From assembly GCA_963732365.1 (NCBI GenBank), contig CAVSZC010000003.1, positions 66,518 through 130,517 on the forward strand: a stretch of DNA of 64,000 bases, given 5' to 3'. Position numbers and translations under genes: made by a program. Positions 36,689 through 46,002 of this stretch are shown piece after piece (the stretch's first letter is position 1; the number at the start of each line of letters is the position of its first letter). Under the pieces are notes generated by a model. That model was given only the letters and a program-made list of their open reading frames with translations. It searched no databases and was not told the origin of the DNA. The DNA comes from an uncultured Bacteroidales bacterium. Its GTDB lineage: Bacteria > Bacteroidota > Bacteroidia > Bacteroidales > VadinHA17.

Positions 36689-37483
36689 ATGGCAATTATC
36701 ACACTGACGACGGAGTGGAGGGAGGACGATTTCTTTCACGGGATACTGAGGGGCAAGCTGAGCAGCCTCTGTCCCGGGGCAGTAGTGATAAACAACGCAT
36801 CTTCCATTCCTCCGCTGAACATCATGCACGGGGCTTTCGTCATCAGGAACACCTTCAGCCACTATCCGGAAGGGACGATACACCTTATTTTTATCAGCAG
36901 CGAAGGGTCAGGCGAACAGCCTCATCTGCTTGTAAAAGCGAGGGGCCACTGGTTTATAGGGGCTGATAACGGCATCTTTAACCTGATACTCAACGCGGAG
37001 CCTGACCTGACAGTATCGCTTGACAATCAGGACCATAGTGACGAAATATCTCTTTTTGTAAGGACTGCCGCAGCAATCAGCGGAGGAAAGAGCCCTGAGT
37101 CTCTCGGAAGAAAAGTGAAGGGAGTCTCTGAGAGGGTTCCGCTTAGGGCTACCATAGACCGCGATGTGATCATCGGCAGTGTCATCTTCATTGACTCATA
37201 CGGCAACGCAATCACGAATATCACAAGGGAGATTTTCTCAAGGGTATTTGACGGCAGGGCATTCCGGATCCTCATCAAGAGCAACAAGTATCATACTGAA
37301 AAAATAAGCCTCTTCTACAGCGACGAGCCTGTCGGAGAACTGGTGTCACGGTTTAACAGCATCGATCTGCTTGAAATATCTGTCAATGGTGCAAACCTCT
37401 GCCAGCTGTTTGGCATTGATACAGGTGATGCGGTGCGGGTTGAGGTCAGAAACAGCACTCAGGCAGGGAACGGACTTTTTTAA
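36689..37483 (+). CDS. SAM hydrolase / SAM hydroxide adenosyltransferase family protein (DUF62)
   Basis: The start is set at the ATG at 36689, because the ORF-track start is a TTG. It has the family pattern of an N-terminal ITLTTEW..DFFHG block and a C-terminal beta-barrel domain (IDSYGNAITNI). Confidence 0.65.
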   Translation: MAIITLTTEWREDDFFHGILRGKLSSLCPGAVVINNASSIPPLNIMHGAFVIRNTFSHYPEGTIHLIFISSEGSGEQPHLLVKARGHWFIGADNGIFNLILNAEPDLTVSLDNQDHSDEISLFVRTAAAISGGKSPESLGRKVKGVSERVPLRATIDRDVIIGSVIFIDSYGNAITNITREIFSRVFDGRAFRILIKSNKYHTEKISLFYSDEPVGELVSRFNSIDLLEISVNGANLCQLFGIDTGDAVRVEVRNSTQAGNGLF

Positions 37484-37497
37484 ATACCAAACATCGA

Positions 37498-38286
37498 ATG
37501 AGAGACAAAGCGATCAAAGAATTTAGCAGGCTCCTGGATATTATGGATGAGCTGAGAGAGAAGTGTCCGTGGGATCAGAAGCAGACCAAGGAGACCCTGA
37601 GAAAGCTGACCATTGAAGAGACTTATGAGCTTGCCGAAGCTATTATAATGAATGACTATGACAGCCTGAAGAAAGAGCTGGGAGACCTCATGCTGCACAT
37701 AGTGTTCTACTCAAAGATTGGCTCGGAGGAGGGGCTCTTTGACATGGGCGATGTTCTTGAAAGCATAAACACAAAGCTTGTATACAGGCACCCACATGTG
37801 TTCGGTGATGTAAGTGTTACCCGTGGTGCCAGCGAGGTGGAAGAGAACTGGGAAAAACTCAAGATGAATGAACACCCCGAATATAAACCGGTATTATCGG
37901 GAGTGCCGGCATCACTTCCGGCGACCGTGAAAGCCAACAGGATACAGGAAAAAGTCAGGGGTGTGGGCTTCGACTGGGAAAACAGGGAACAGATATGGGA
38001 CAAGGTGACCGAGGAACTTGATGAGCTGAAGCACGAGGTTGCTGAAGGGAAAAAGGAGAATATCGAGGCCGAACTGGGAGACCTCTTCTTTTCAATAATA
38101 AATGCTGCCAGACTTTATGAGATTGACCCGGAGACGGCCCTGGAAAAGACAAACAGAAAATTCATAAGCAGGTTTAACTACCTCGAACAACAGACCCTGG
38201 TACAGGGAAGATCACTGCATGACATGACCCTTGACGAGATGAATGTCATCTGGGAGGAGGCAAAGAGTTTCGATAAGGATTATTGA
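37498..38286 (+). CDS. mazG: nucleoside triphosphate pyrophosphohydrolase MazG
   Basis: It has tandem MazG domains with an EExxE/D motif (ETYELAEAI) and the blocks LLDIMDELREKCPWDQKQT, RHPHVFG and ELGDLFFSI. Confidence 0.85.
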   Translation: MRDKAIKEFSRLLDIMDELREKCPWDQKQTKETLRKLTIEETYELAEAIIMNDYDSLKKELGDLMLHIVFYSKIGSEEGLFDMGDVLESINTKLVYRHPHVFGDVSVTRGASEVEENWEKLKMNEHPEYKPVLSGVPASLPATVKANRIQEKVRGVGFDWENREQIWDKVTEELDELKHEVAEGKKENIEAELGDLFFSIINAARLYEIDPETALEKTNRKFISRFNYLEQQTLVQGRSLHDMTLDEMNVIWEEAKSFDKDY

Positions 38287-38291
38287 GATCC

Positions 38292-39140
38292 TCAGTCCGA
38301 ATATTTGTAGCTGAGCATCTGGTAGATGATCTTTGCTGCCATGAAGTCGGGTGCCTTGTTCGTCTCTGAGGGGCACAACTCCACAATGTCAAAACCAACG
38401 ACATTAAATCTTCTGAAGACCTCCCTGAGGAACGCCATCACCTCCCTGTAATCAGGCCCACCCGGCTCAGGTGTGCCGGTAGAAGGCATCACTGAAGGGT
38501 CAAAGACATCCAGGTCTACTGTTATATAAACATTCTCGGTAAGGAGGTCTGCAGCCCTGGCATAGAGTGACCTGTCAGCCCACAGCTCATGGGCATAAAA
38601 TATCCTGCTGCTGTCGGCATATGGCAGCTCCTCATGAGCCATGCTCCTGATGCCCACCTGTACGACAGGGGCACACTCCTTCGCCCTTGACATTACACAG
38701 GCATGATTCAGAGGTGAACCCTCATATACCGGTCTGAGGTCGGAATGGGCATCGAGCTGCAGTATGGTAAGGTTCTGAAAAACGGCTGCAACAGCCCGGA
38801 ATGCTCCGACGCTCACAGTGTGGTTGCCACCTATGACTACCGGAAAGCGCTTTTCAGCCAGGAGTTGTGAGACAGTTCCGAATACCGCCTCTGTCACCTC
38901 CTCAGGATCCGGTCCGGTCACTAACGGAGGGAGGGTGAAGATACCCTTCCTGTAAGCCTCGGTGCGTGTCTCTATATCGTAAAACTCAAGAGCCGGAGAA
39001 GCCTCAAGTATCGCCGCAGGACCCCTGTCAGCACCTTTTATATAAGTACTTGTGGCGTCATACGGGACAGGAATGATTATGATCTCTGATTCATCGTATC
39101 CGCAGACCACCTCTTCGCCGCCAAAATTGGTAACAGCCAT
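38292..39140 (-). CDS. speB: agmatinase (ureohydrolase family)
   Basis: The start is set at the ATG at 39140 (MAVTNFGGEE). Arginase-fold Mn ligand blocks are present: GGNHTVS, LDAHSDL and TVDLDVFDPS. The upstream 41 codons of the ORF track are a repeat read out of frame. Confidence 0.85.
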   Translation of the reverse strand: MAVTNFGGEEVVCGYDESEIIIIPVPYDATSTYIKGADRGPAAILEASPALEFYDIETRTEAYRKGIFTLPPLVTGPDPEEVTEAVFGTVSQLLAEKRFPVVIGGNHTVSVGAFRAVAAVFQNLTILQLDAHSDLRPVYEGSPLNHACVMSRAKECAPVVQVGIRSMAHEELPYADSSRIFYAHELWADRSLYARAADLLTENVYITVDLDVFDPSVMPSTGTPEPGGPDYREVMAFLREVFRRFNVVGFDIVELCPSETNKAPDFMAAKIIYQMLSYKYSD

Positions 39141-39141
39141 T

Positions 39142-39672
39142 TTACTCTTTTCCTGTTGCCTTTTTCTTTGTACTCTTCTTCGCAGAACCTGTCTTTGCAA
39201 CATCCTTTTTCGAAGCCCCCTCCTTAGCCTTAGCCTTAGCCTCTGCCTCAACCTCTGCCTCAACCTCTGCCTCAGCCTCAGCCTCAGCCTCCTTCACCAG
39301 GAGGTTAAGCTTATGAAGGATGTTATACCAGTGCAGCACTTTCTTTATGTCCGAAGTATAGACCCTTGTCCGGTCATACTCGGGAAGCATTTCAGTGAAG
39401 TACTTCTTCAGTTCTGCATCGGGAAGTTTGTGAGAGACGGCCTCACCGCCATTCTCTTTCTCCCATATCCTGTCCATCACTTTGCCCAGCGGCAGGTCTT
39501 CACCCGTTGTAAAAATAGCTATCTCCTCAAGAGCACTTACCTTGGCGGTAGCTCCTGCACTGAGGCGCCGGCCGGTCTCAAGGTTCTCCACAATGACTGC
39601 ATTCTTGCCCTGTGCAATGAACTTGAAGAGTGTCCCTTCACCGGAAATCGCCAGAATATCTTTCAGATTCAT
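39142..39672 (-). CDS. DUF5606-like protein with (EA/EV/KA)n and Lys-rich C-terminal tail
   Basis: The N-terminal ~125 aa (MNLKDILAISGEGTLFKFIAQGKNAVIVENL...) resemble the conserved Bacteroidota DUF5606 family. The tail is encoded by the hexamer array. Its stop codon lies 1 nt before the speB ATG. Confidence 0.55.
   Translation of the reverse strand: MNLKDILAISGEGTLFKFIAQGKNAVIVENLETGRRLSAGATAKVSALEEIAIFTTGEDLPLGKVMDRIWEKENGGEAVSHKLPDAELKKYFTEMLPEYDRTRVYTSDIKKVLHWYNILHKLNLLVKEAEAEAEAEVEAEVEAEAKAKAKEGASKKDVAKTGSAKKSTKKKATGKE
39222..39293. repeat. CCTYWR hexamer array, 12 units, inside the DUF5606 gene
   Basis: The plus strand reads (CCTTAG)3 CCTCTG CCTCAA CCTCTG CCTCAA CCTCTG (CCTCAG)3 CCTCCT. 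It is read on the minus strand as KEAEAEAEAEVEAEVEAEAKAKAKE. Confidence 0.9.
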
Positions 39673-39713
39673 CTCGTTTAATTAATTGTTAATGATTGTA
39701 TTTCAGATACTTA

Positions 39714-40448
39714 TTATACGATCTTTCGCTCTTTTTTTATTTTCTCCCATGCTTCGTTCACAGACTTGAACTTCTCCTCGGCCGTTTTTCTGAATTCTTC
39801 ACCCAGGTGACCCACCTTGTCGGGATGGTATTTCAATGCCATCTTACGGTAAGCTTTCTTGAGCTCTTCTTCAGTAGCTGACCGTTCAACCTCCAGAATA
39901 CGATAAGCAGCATCAGTGGATGGGACAAACATATTTTGTATTGACTCATAGTCTGTTGCTGAGATCCCCAGCATATCGGATATGGCCCTTATTACCCTTA
40001 CCTCTGCAGGTTCAAAGCGAGAGTCAGCTGCTGAAATGTTGAACAGTATATGTATCAGCTGGAGCCTTGAGGGATAATCCATATTCTTCCTAATCTGCGA
40101 GCATACGTCGCGGAGAGGGATTTCCTGTTTAAGGAGGTCTCTGAGAAGCATCAGGGCTTCCTGTGCAGTATCGGGTCCGAACTGACTGACAAAGAATCTC
40201 TTGACATAATCGAGCTCAGACTTCACCACGCGGCCGTCAGCTTTCATCACCGCGGCGATGAGTACCAGAAGACTCATGCCGAAATCACCCGGAGTTGTCC
40301 CCTGTCTTATCTGCTGTCCCGACTGCTGCCAGGTAACCGTCCTGGAGTTGTCAACCACCGAGCCTATGAAGAAGCCCAGCAACCCGCCTATCGGTCCGCC
40401 AACAACAAACCCCAATCCACCCCCTATCCACTTGGCAAAACTTCCCAT
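39714..40448 (-). CDS. TerB-like domain protein with C-terminal J domain (DjlA-like co-chaperone)
   Basis: It has an N-terminal Gly-rich TM segment, a central TerB-like domain, and a C-terminal J domain with HPD ([12 protein letters not shown]). Confidence 0.7.
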   Translation of the reverse strand: MGSFAKWIGGGLGFVVGGPIGGLLGFFIGSVVDNSRTVTWQQSGQQIRQGTTPGDFGMSLLVLIAAVMKADGRVVKSELDYVKRFFVSQFGPDTAQEALMLLRDLLKQEIPLRDVCSQIRKNMDYPSRLQLIHILFNISAADSRFEPAEVRVIRAISDMLGISATDYESIQNMFVPSTDAAYRILEVERSATEEELKKAYRKMALKYHPDKVGHLGEEFRKTAEEKFKSVNEAWEKIKKERKIV

Positions 40449-41047
40449 TACCTCTCCTTTGCTGCAAGACGGAGCATATCATCATGGATCTTCAGAATCT
40501 CCGGAATAATCATTTCGTTGTCAGCATTATTGATGACATAATATGACTGCTCTTCCCGTTCATTATCCTCCATCTGGTTATTTATCCTTTCAAGCACCTC
40601 TTCGCGGCTGATCTCGCTGCGGCCCATGACACGCAAGATACGTTCCTCCACAGGCGCTGATATTGATATGACCCTGTCAACCAGCCGGTCAGCCCTTGCC
40701 TCAAATAGTATCGCCGCTTCCATAATCACATACGGTGCATCAATGACTGAGGACCACGCCTCAAATTCGCGGAGGACTGCAGGATGGACAGAAGCATTGA
40801 CCTTTTGCAACATATCAGGCTCATTGAAGATCAGCCGTGCAAGCTCTCTGCGGTCAAGTTCACCCCCCTCATACAAGTCCTTCCCTGCAATTTTATTTAT
40901 CTCTGACCGTATTGACGGATCATTGTTCATCAGCTGCCTGGCTGCGACGTCAGCTACGAATACAGGCACTCCGAGGACCCTGAATATCCTGCATACTGTT
41001 GTCTTGCCACTCCCTATGCCGCCTGTTATGCCCAGTCGTCTTGCCAT
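40448..41047 (-). CDS. coaE: dephospho-CoA kinase
   Basis: It has a P-loop ([13 protein letters not shown]) and is 199 aa. A TAATG overlap links it to the downstream gene. Confidence 0.85.
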   Translation of the reverse strand: MARRLGITGGIGSGKTTVCRIFRVLGVPVFVADVAARQLMNNDPSIRSEINKIAGKDLYEGGELDRRELARLIFNEPDMLQKVNASVHPAVLREFEAWSSVIDAPYVIMEAAILFEARADRLVDRVISISAPVEERILRVMGRSEISREEVLERINNQMEDNEREEQSYYVINNADNEMIIPEILKIHDDMLRLAAKER

Positions 41048-41058
41048 GCAGCCCGGAG

Positions 41059-41796
41059 TTAATTATTACGATGATTTTTCTGACTGAAAAGAGAGACATC
41101 CCTGTCAAGAAATGTGACCTCGACAGATACCCTTTTCTGCGCTGTCTCCAGATATTCAGGGAATTCAAGAGGCACCTTAACCCTGAAATTGCCTTCCATC
41201 CTGCTGTATGACCGGCGTTGCGTTGAAATACCCCTCAGGGTGTCAAGTACATGCTCCGGACCTGTGACCGTAACACTGTCCGGATCGGGTACCAGAACAA
41301 TCCTTGTACCCGGCGGTGCATCCAGCTTAAGATCGGGAAGCACTGCCATCCTTCTTGTCACCAGCTTGTCATAGCCGAAAAAGAGTGTGTCAGGGTGAAT
41401 GGATATAATCTCAAAATCAGCATGCAGCTGTTTGGCGAAGCTCTGTATGAGTCCTGATGTTACAAGGAAATAATGAGGAGTAGGTCCGGGGATTCTCTTA
41501 GGGGCAACCCTGGTGAAATCTATCACTACGGGAGCCCTGCTGCCTGAGAGCTTCATCTTGAGGATCGAATAACCCGGCCCGCGGAGATCCATCTCCAGCT
41601 TACCTGGCAGATCACCTGTAATAATTCGGTCTTTAGGTGGATTAATGTACCGGACAGGATAGTTTATTGTCCCGTCCAGTTCCTTCCCAAGCTCATTCAG
41701 ATACCAGAAGACAAATGACAACAGAAGAAAAAAAGCAAAAACAGGCAGTTCCCTGTTCAGGATGCTTCTTCTTTTCTTTTTCTCGTCTGCCGTCAT
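41059..41796 (-). CDS. YbbR-like domain protein
   Basis: It has an N-terminal TM segment and two YbbR-type repeats. It occupies the conserved position between yajC and coaE in Bacteroidota. Confidence 0.6.
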   Translation of the reverse strand: MTADEKKKRRSILNRELPVFAFFLLLSFVFWYLNELGKELDGTINYPVRYINPPKDRIITGDLPGKLEMDLRGPGYSILKMKLSGSRAPVVIDFTRVAPKRIPGPTPHYFLVTSGLIQSFAKQLHADFEIISIHPDTLFFGYDKLVTRRMAVLPDLKLDAPPGTRIVLVPDPDSVTVTGPEHVLDTLRGISTQRRSYSRMEGNFRVKVPLEFPEYLETAQKRVSVEVTFLDRDVSLFSQKNHRNN

Positions 41797-41819
41797 TGCC
41801 AGTCACTCTTAGTCAGAGT

Positions 41820-42146
41820 TCACTTCTTCTCGATGTCGGAAGGGTCTCTCAGAACTGCGTTCTTGTCAACCCTTACCTTGACATCGTTTGCGATCTCAAT
41901 AGTGACGACGCTATCAGCCACTTCAATGACTTTACCGTATAAGCCTCCTGTCGTGACAATCTTATCACCTTTTGAGATTGAACTGCGGAAGTTGGTCAAC
42001 TCCTTCTGCCTCTTCATCTGCGGTCTGATCATAAAGAAGTAAAACACCACGAAAACGAGCAGCAGGGGAAGAAGGCTTGTCAGCATGTTGGGACTTCCCT
42101 GTCCGGCAGGTGTGGCCTGTAAATAAATGAGTGCAAGTGTTGTCAT
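41820..42146 (-). CDS. yajC: preprotein translocase subunit YajC
   Basis: It is 108 aa with a single TM segment, then FFMIRPQMKRQKE and GDKIVTTGGLYGKV blocks. Confidence 0.85.
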   Translation of the reverse strand: MTTLALIYLQATPAGQGSPNMLTSLLPLLLVFVVFYFFMIRPQMKRQKELTNFRSSISKGDKIVTTGGLYGKVIEVADSVVTIEIANDVKVRVDKNAVLRDPSDIEKK

Positions 42147-42190
42147 GATTGTAATTGTTATTTGTTGTTTGTTGTTATCATTTGTCTTAA

Positions 42191-42702
<512 letters not shown>

Positions 42703-42717
42703 TCGTCTTTATTTAAA

Positions 42718-42853
42718 TACAGAGTTACACTGAGTTTTTCACGGAGTAACACTGCCTCTCCCACTGCTCCTTGCTCCTTGCTCCCTGCTTCGCCCTCCGT
42801 AGCCGGACCCTGAGCCTGTCGAAGGGTGGCGAAGGAGGGCTCCCTGCTCCCGC
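42718..42853. repeat. mosaic intergenic repeat: CACAGAG-type motif + heptads + hairpin
   Basis: TACAGAGTTACACTGAGTTTTTCACGGAGTAACACTG lies at 42718-42754 and has a homolog at 51583-51618. (YTGCTYC)x4 lies at 42764-42791. The GCCCTCC...GGAGGGC stem encloses an ACCCT-N11-AGGGT hairpin. Heptads that are G-rich on the minus strand abut the nusB stop codon. Confidence 0.75.
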
Positions 42854-43876
42854 TCAACTCTCCCCTATCAGCCCCCTCCCTGACTTTACCAGGCTGTTGT
42901 CAGCCCTCATTTCTCTGACGATCTTGTCAAGGATCCCGTTCACAAAAGTACTGCTTTTGGCGGTGCAGTAGTCCTTTGCTATCTCAATATATTCATTGAG
43001 GGTGACCTTGACTGGCACCTCAGGGAACTCTGAGAGCTCCGTTATTGCCAGCTGCATCACAAGCTTGTCCATCAGGGCTATTCGCTCCACTTCCCAGTTT
43101 GTCGTGTGGGCATCAATGAGAGCAGAATTCTTTTCACTGTTCAGGATAGCCTTTCGGAGAAGCACCTTGACAAAGATCTCGTCATCACTGCTGGTGAACA
43201 TCGGCAGCAAGGGAATATCTCTGCCTTCCTCATGCTCCCTGAACTTGCCAAGAGTGTTCTTGATCATCGCCGCCACGAAGGGCAGGTCGTCATTCCAGTA
43301 GACCGACTGTTCTTCGAGGCTTGAAGAGAGGTCCTCAGATGCCGGCAGCAGCTTTGTAACAAGCTCCTTGATGAATTTAAGATCAGCCCTGTAGCTTCCG
43401 TCAGGTGATGACATATACTGTCTGTAGGCATCCCAGCCGGTCATGTCGCTGAAGACTTTCCTGACCACGTCCTGGTGATTCTCCCATGAGAGCCCCAGCG
43501 TACCGACGTAACGGCTGAGCGACTTGAATCCGGAGATCTTCTCCTTCCTCGACCATAGCGCAGGTGTCGCCTCTGCATAGCGGCGAAGCTGTTCATTAAG
43601 CCTCAGCTGACCTATGACCCTGTTTTCGGCAAACCGTGTGTTTGGATTGATATCCTCAGGTGAGGGGATCCTCTTTGACCGCGAGAGCATCACCTTTTCC
43701 CGTGCTGCATCTGAGAGTGCAATAATAAGCAGAAGGAGATAATGATAGAGATCATAGCTCTTCCGTATGCTCAACATCAGCTCCTGTTCGGCTGTCTCAA
43801 GGTCATCAATCTCTTTCCTGTTGCAGGCGTAAAGTACTGTCAGTGCCTTAATCCTTAATTGTCGTCTGCTTATCAT
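42854..43876 (-). CDS. nusB: transcription antitermination factor NusB (long Bacteroidota form)
   Basis: The start is set at the ATG at 43876 (MISRRQLRIKALTVLYA, a typical NusB N-terminus). The C-terminal NusB fold has the WEVERIALMDK and TLNEYIEIAK blocks. Confidence 0.8.
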   Translation of the reverse strand: MISRRQLRIKALTVLYACNRKEIDDLETAEQELMLSIRKSYDLYHYLLLLIIALSDAAREKVMLSRSKRIPSPEDINPNTRFAENRVIGQLRLNEQLRRYAEATPALWSRKEKISGFKSLSRYVGTLGLSWENHQDVVRKVFSDMTGWDAYRQYMSSPDGSYRADLKFIKELVTKLLPASEDLSSSLEEQSVYWNDDLPFVAAMIKNTLGKFREHEEGRDIPLLPMFTSSDDEIFVKVLLRKAILNSEKNSALIDAHTTNWEVERIALMDKLVMQLAITELSEFPEVPVKVTLNEYIEIAKDYCTAKSSTFVNGILDKIVREMRADNSLVKSGRGLIGES

Positions 43877-43991
43877 TAAAAGAACACAAATTTCAGGCAG
43901 CAAAGATAAAAAAATCGCCTTGCATTTATCCCCTCTCCCCAAAAAACTCTCACAATTTGGCACTTCCACTTTGAGATGATAAAATATTTGT

Positions 43992-43999
43992 TACATTTG
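43992..43999 (+). promoter_or_regulatory. candidate -7 box (TACATTTG) for the PUR-like gene
   Basis: It matches TAnnTTTG and ends 39 nt upstream of the ATG at 44039. A TTTG lies 18 nt upstream of the box. Confidence 0.4.
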
Positions 44000-44038
44000 A
44001 GCATACTAACCACAGAAATCCTAAAACAGCCGCAGGTG

Positions 44039-44434
44039 ATGGAAGACGAGAAAGGCAGAATTGAAGGTCAGAATGATAGAAGTGATAAGGAGGAGGTATT
44101 CACAAAAGTTGTCCGCGCGGGAAAAAGGACCTACTTCTTCGATGTTAAATCAACAAGGCACGAAGATCTTTATCTGACAATAACTGAAAGCAAAAAGCGA
44201 CAGGGGAAAGAAGGAAAGATGTTTTATGAAAAACATAAGATTTTTCTTTACAAGGAGGACTTTGAGAAGTTCACCGAAGGCCTTCGTGAGGCTGTAACTT
44301 TTGCGGGAAACGGTGAGATAAGCCATCTGGCTGCGACTGGAATCGAACAGGCTGAGGCGGTTGAAGAGGCTGTAGCCGAAGTGGCAGCTGACGGGTTCTC
44401 AGATGTTGACTTTGAGGATCTTGGCTCAAAGTAG
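44039..44434 (+). CDS. PUR-alpha-like (DUF3276) nucleic-acid-binding protein
   Basis: The start is set at 44039, downstream of the predicted promoter. The PUR repeat pattern is VFTKVVRAGKRTYFFDVKSTRHEDLYLTITESKK ... IFLYKEDFEKF, followed by an acidic C-terminal tail. Confidence 0.65.
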   Translation: MEDEKGRIEGQNDRSDKEEVFTKVVRAGKRTYFFDVKSTRHEDLYLTITESKKRQGKEGKMFYEKHKIFLYKEDFEKFTEGLREAVTFAGNGEISHLAATGIEQAEAVEEAVAEVAADGFSDVDFEDLGSK

Positions 44435-44477
44435 AAGACCCCTCTCAACCATCTGTTCAAACGACACCTGAGATCAT

Positions 44478-44954
44478 ATGGATTACCTGTTATTATCTCT
44501 CGCAATTATTCTTATGCTGCTGGGTATAGCAGGATGCCTGGTGCCTGTGCTCCCCGGACCACCGCTGAGTTACCTCGGACTCGTCCTTGTTCATTTCACC
44601 CGTTTTGCTGACGTCAGCCATAAGCTGTTCATAATACTGGGGGTCATCGCCATTGTGGTTACCCTCCTGGACTATATTGTGCCTGTCTGGGGAACCCGTC
44701 ACTTCGGAGGCTCAAAGTACGGTACACGCGGGGCAACGGTGGGGCTCGTGATAGGTCTCTTTCTCGGTCCCGCCGGGATTATCCTCGGGCCATTTATCGG
44801 GGCAGTGGTAGGGGAACTGATATTTAAGGATGATGTAAAATACGCTCTCAAAGCCGGGTTTGGAAGCCTGCTCGGATTCATGACGGGCGTGGGGCTCAAG
44901 CTCGCCGCGTCATTCATCATCACCTTCTACTTTATCAAGGTACTGGTCTCCTGA
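44478..44954 (+). CDS. DUF456 family membrane protein
   Basis: It is 158 aa with 4 TM segments and the Gly-rich GPFIGAVVGE block typical of DUF456. Confidence 0.6.
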   Translation: MDYLLLSLAIILMLLGIAGCLVPVLPGPPLSYLGLVLVHFTRFADVSHKLFIILGVIAIVVTLLDYIVPVWGTRHFGGSKYGTRGATVGLVIGLFLGPAGIILGPFIGAVVGELIFKDDVKYALKAGFGSLLGFMTGVGLKLAASFIITFYFIKVLVS

Positions 44955-45000
44955 CCTCAGGAAAAACAGCGAACCTCCTTTTACAACTCCTTCAGAATTT

Positions 45001-46002
45001 TCAGGATCCGAGGGTAGCCACCATCACCGCCTTGATGGTGTGCATCCGGTTCTCTGACTGCTGAAAAACGATCGACCGTGGTGACTCGAACACCTCTTCG
45101 GTCACCTCCATCCCGTCAAGACCAAACTTTTTGAATATCTCCTCTCCCATCTTCGTCTCCCTGTTGTGGAAGGCAGGGAGGCAATGGAGGAACTTCACCT
45201 TCGGGTTACCAGTCAGCCTCACTGCCTCGCCGTTGACCTGGTAAGGCTTCAGCAGCCTTATCCTCTCCTCCCATACAGAGTCAGGCTCACCCATTGACAC
45301 CCATACGTCAGTATAGAGGAAGTCTACCCCTTTAACAGCCTCAGCAACATCTTCAGTGAGGGTTATACGCGCGCCTGTCTCAGCTGCTACAGCCCGGCAC
45401 TGCTTCACCAGGTCATCAGCCGGCTGACATGCCTTAGGAGCAGCAGCCCTGAAGTCCATCCCCATCTTGGCAGCACCCACCATCAGGGAGTTGCCCATGT
45501 TGTTGCGGGCATCACCAAGATAGCAGAAGCTGATCTGATTCAGCGGCTTGTCTGAATGCTCCATCATTGTCATGAAGTCTGCCAGTATCTGCGTCGGATG
45601 GAACTCAGTCGTCAGTCCGTTCCAAACCGGTACGCCTGCATAGGCTGCCAGCTCCTCGACAATATCCTGTCCGTAACCCCGATACTCGATGCCGTCATAC
45701 ATGCGGCCCAGCACCCTGGCAGTATCCTTCATCGACTCCTTGTGCCCTATCTGTGATCCGGAGGGGCCGAGATATGTAACATGTGCTCCCTGGTCAAAGG
45801 CTGCTACCTCAAATGCACACCGCGTGCGTGTCGAGGTCTTCTCAAAGATCAGTGCGATATTCTTCCCCTTGAGCCGCTGCTGTTCAGTGCCGGCATACTT
45901 GGCCTTCTTCAGGTCGAATGAAAGGTCGAGCAGGAATTTTATCTCTTCGGGGGTGAAGTCAAGAAGCTTCAGGAAATGACGGTTTCTCAAGTTGTAAGCC
46001 AT
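45001..46002 (-). CDS. argF: ornithine carbamoyltransferase (catabolic role possible, next to carbamate kinase)
   Basis: The start is set at the ATG at 46002 ([16 protein letters not shown]). The motifs [20 protein letters not shown] and HCLPAFH are present. The upstream 52 codons in the ORF track are repeat sequence. Confidence 0.85.
   Translation of the reverse strand: MAYNLRNRHFLKLLDFTPEEIKFLLDLSFDLKKAKYAGTEQQRLKGKNIALIFEKTSTRTRCAFEVAAFDQGAHVTYLGPSGSQIGHKESMKDTARVLGRMYDGIEYRGYGQDIVEELAAYAGVPVWNGLTTEFHPTQILADFMTMMEHSDKPLNQISFCYLGDARNNMGNSLMVGAAKMGMDFRAAAPKACQPADDLVKQCRAVAAETGARITLTEDVAEAVKGVDFLYTDVWVSMGEPDSVWEERIRLLKPYQVNGEAVRLTGNPKVKFLHCLPAFHNRETKMGEEIFKKFGLDGMEVTEEVFESPRSIVFQQSENRMHTIKAVMVATLGS

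Noticed and set aside
39141-39263. An Arg/Leu-rich 41-codon extension on the agmatinase ORF (MRQRLRQRLRLRLRRG...).
   Set aside because: It is an out-of-frame reading of the hexamer array that encodes the C-terminal tail of the upstream DUF5606-like gene. The real speB start (MAVTNFGGEE) is at 39140, 1 nt after that gene's stop.
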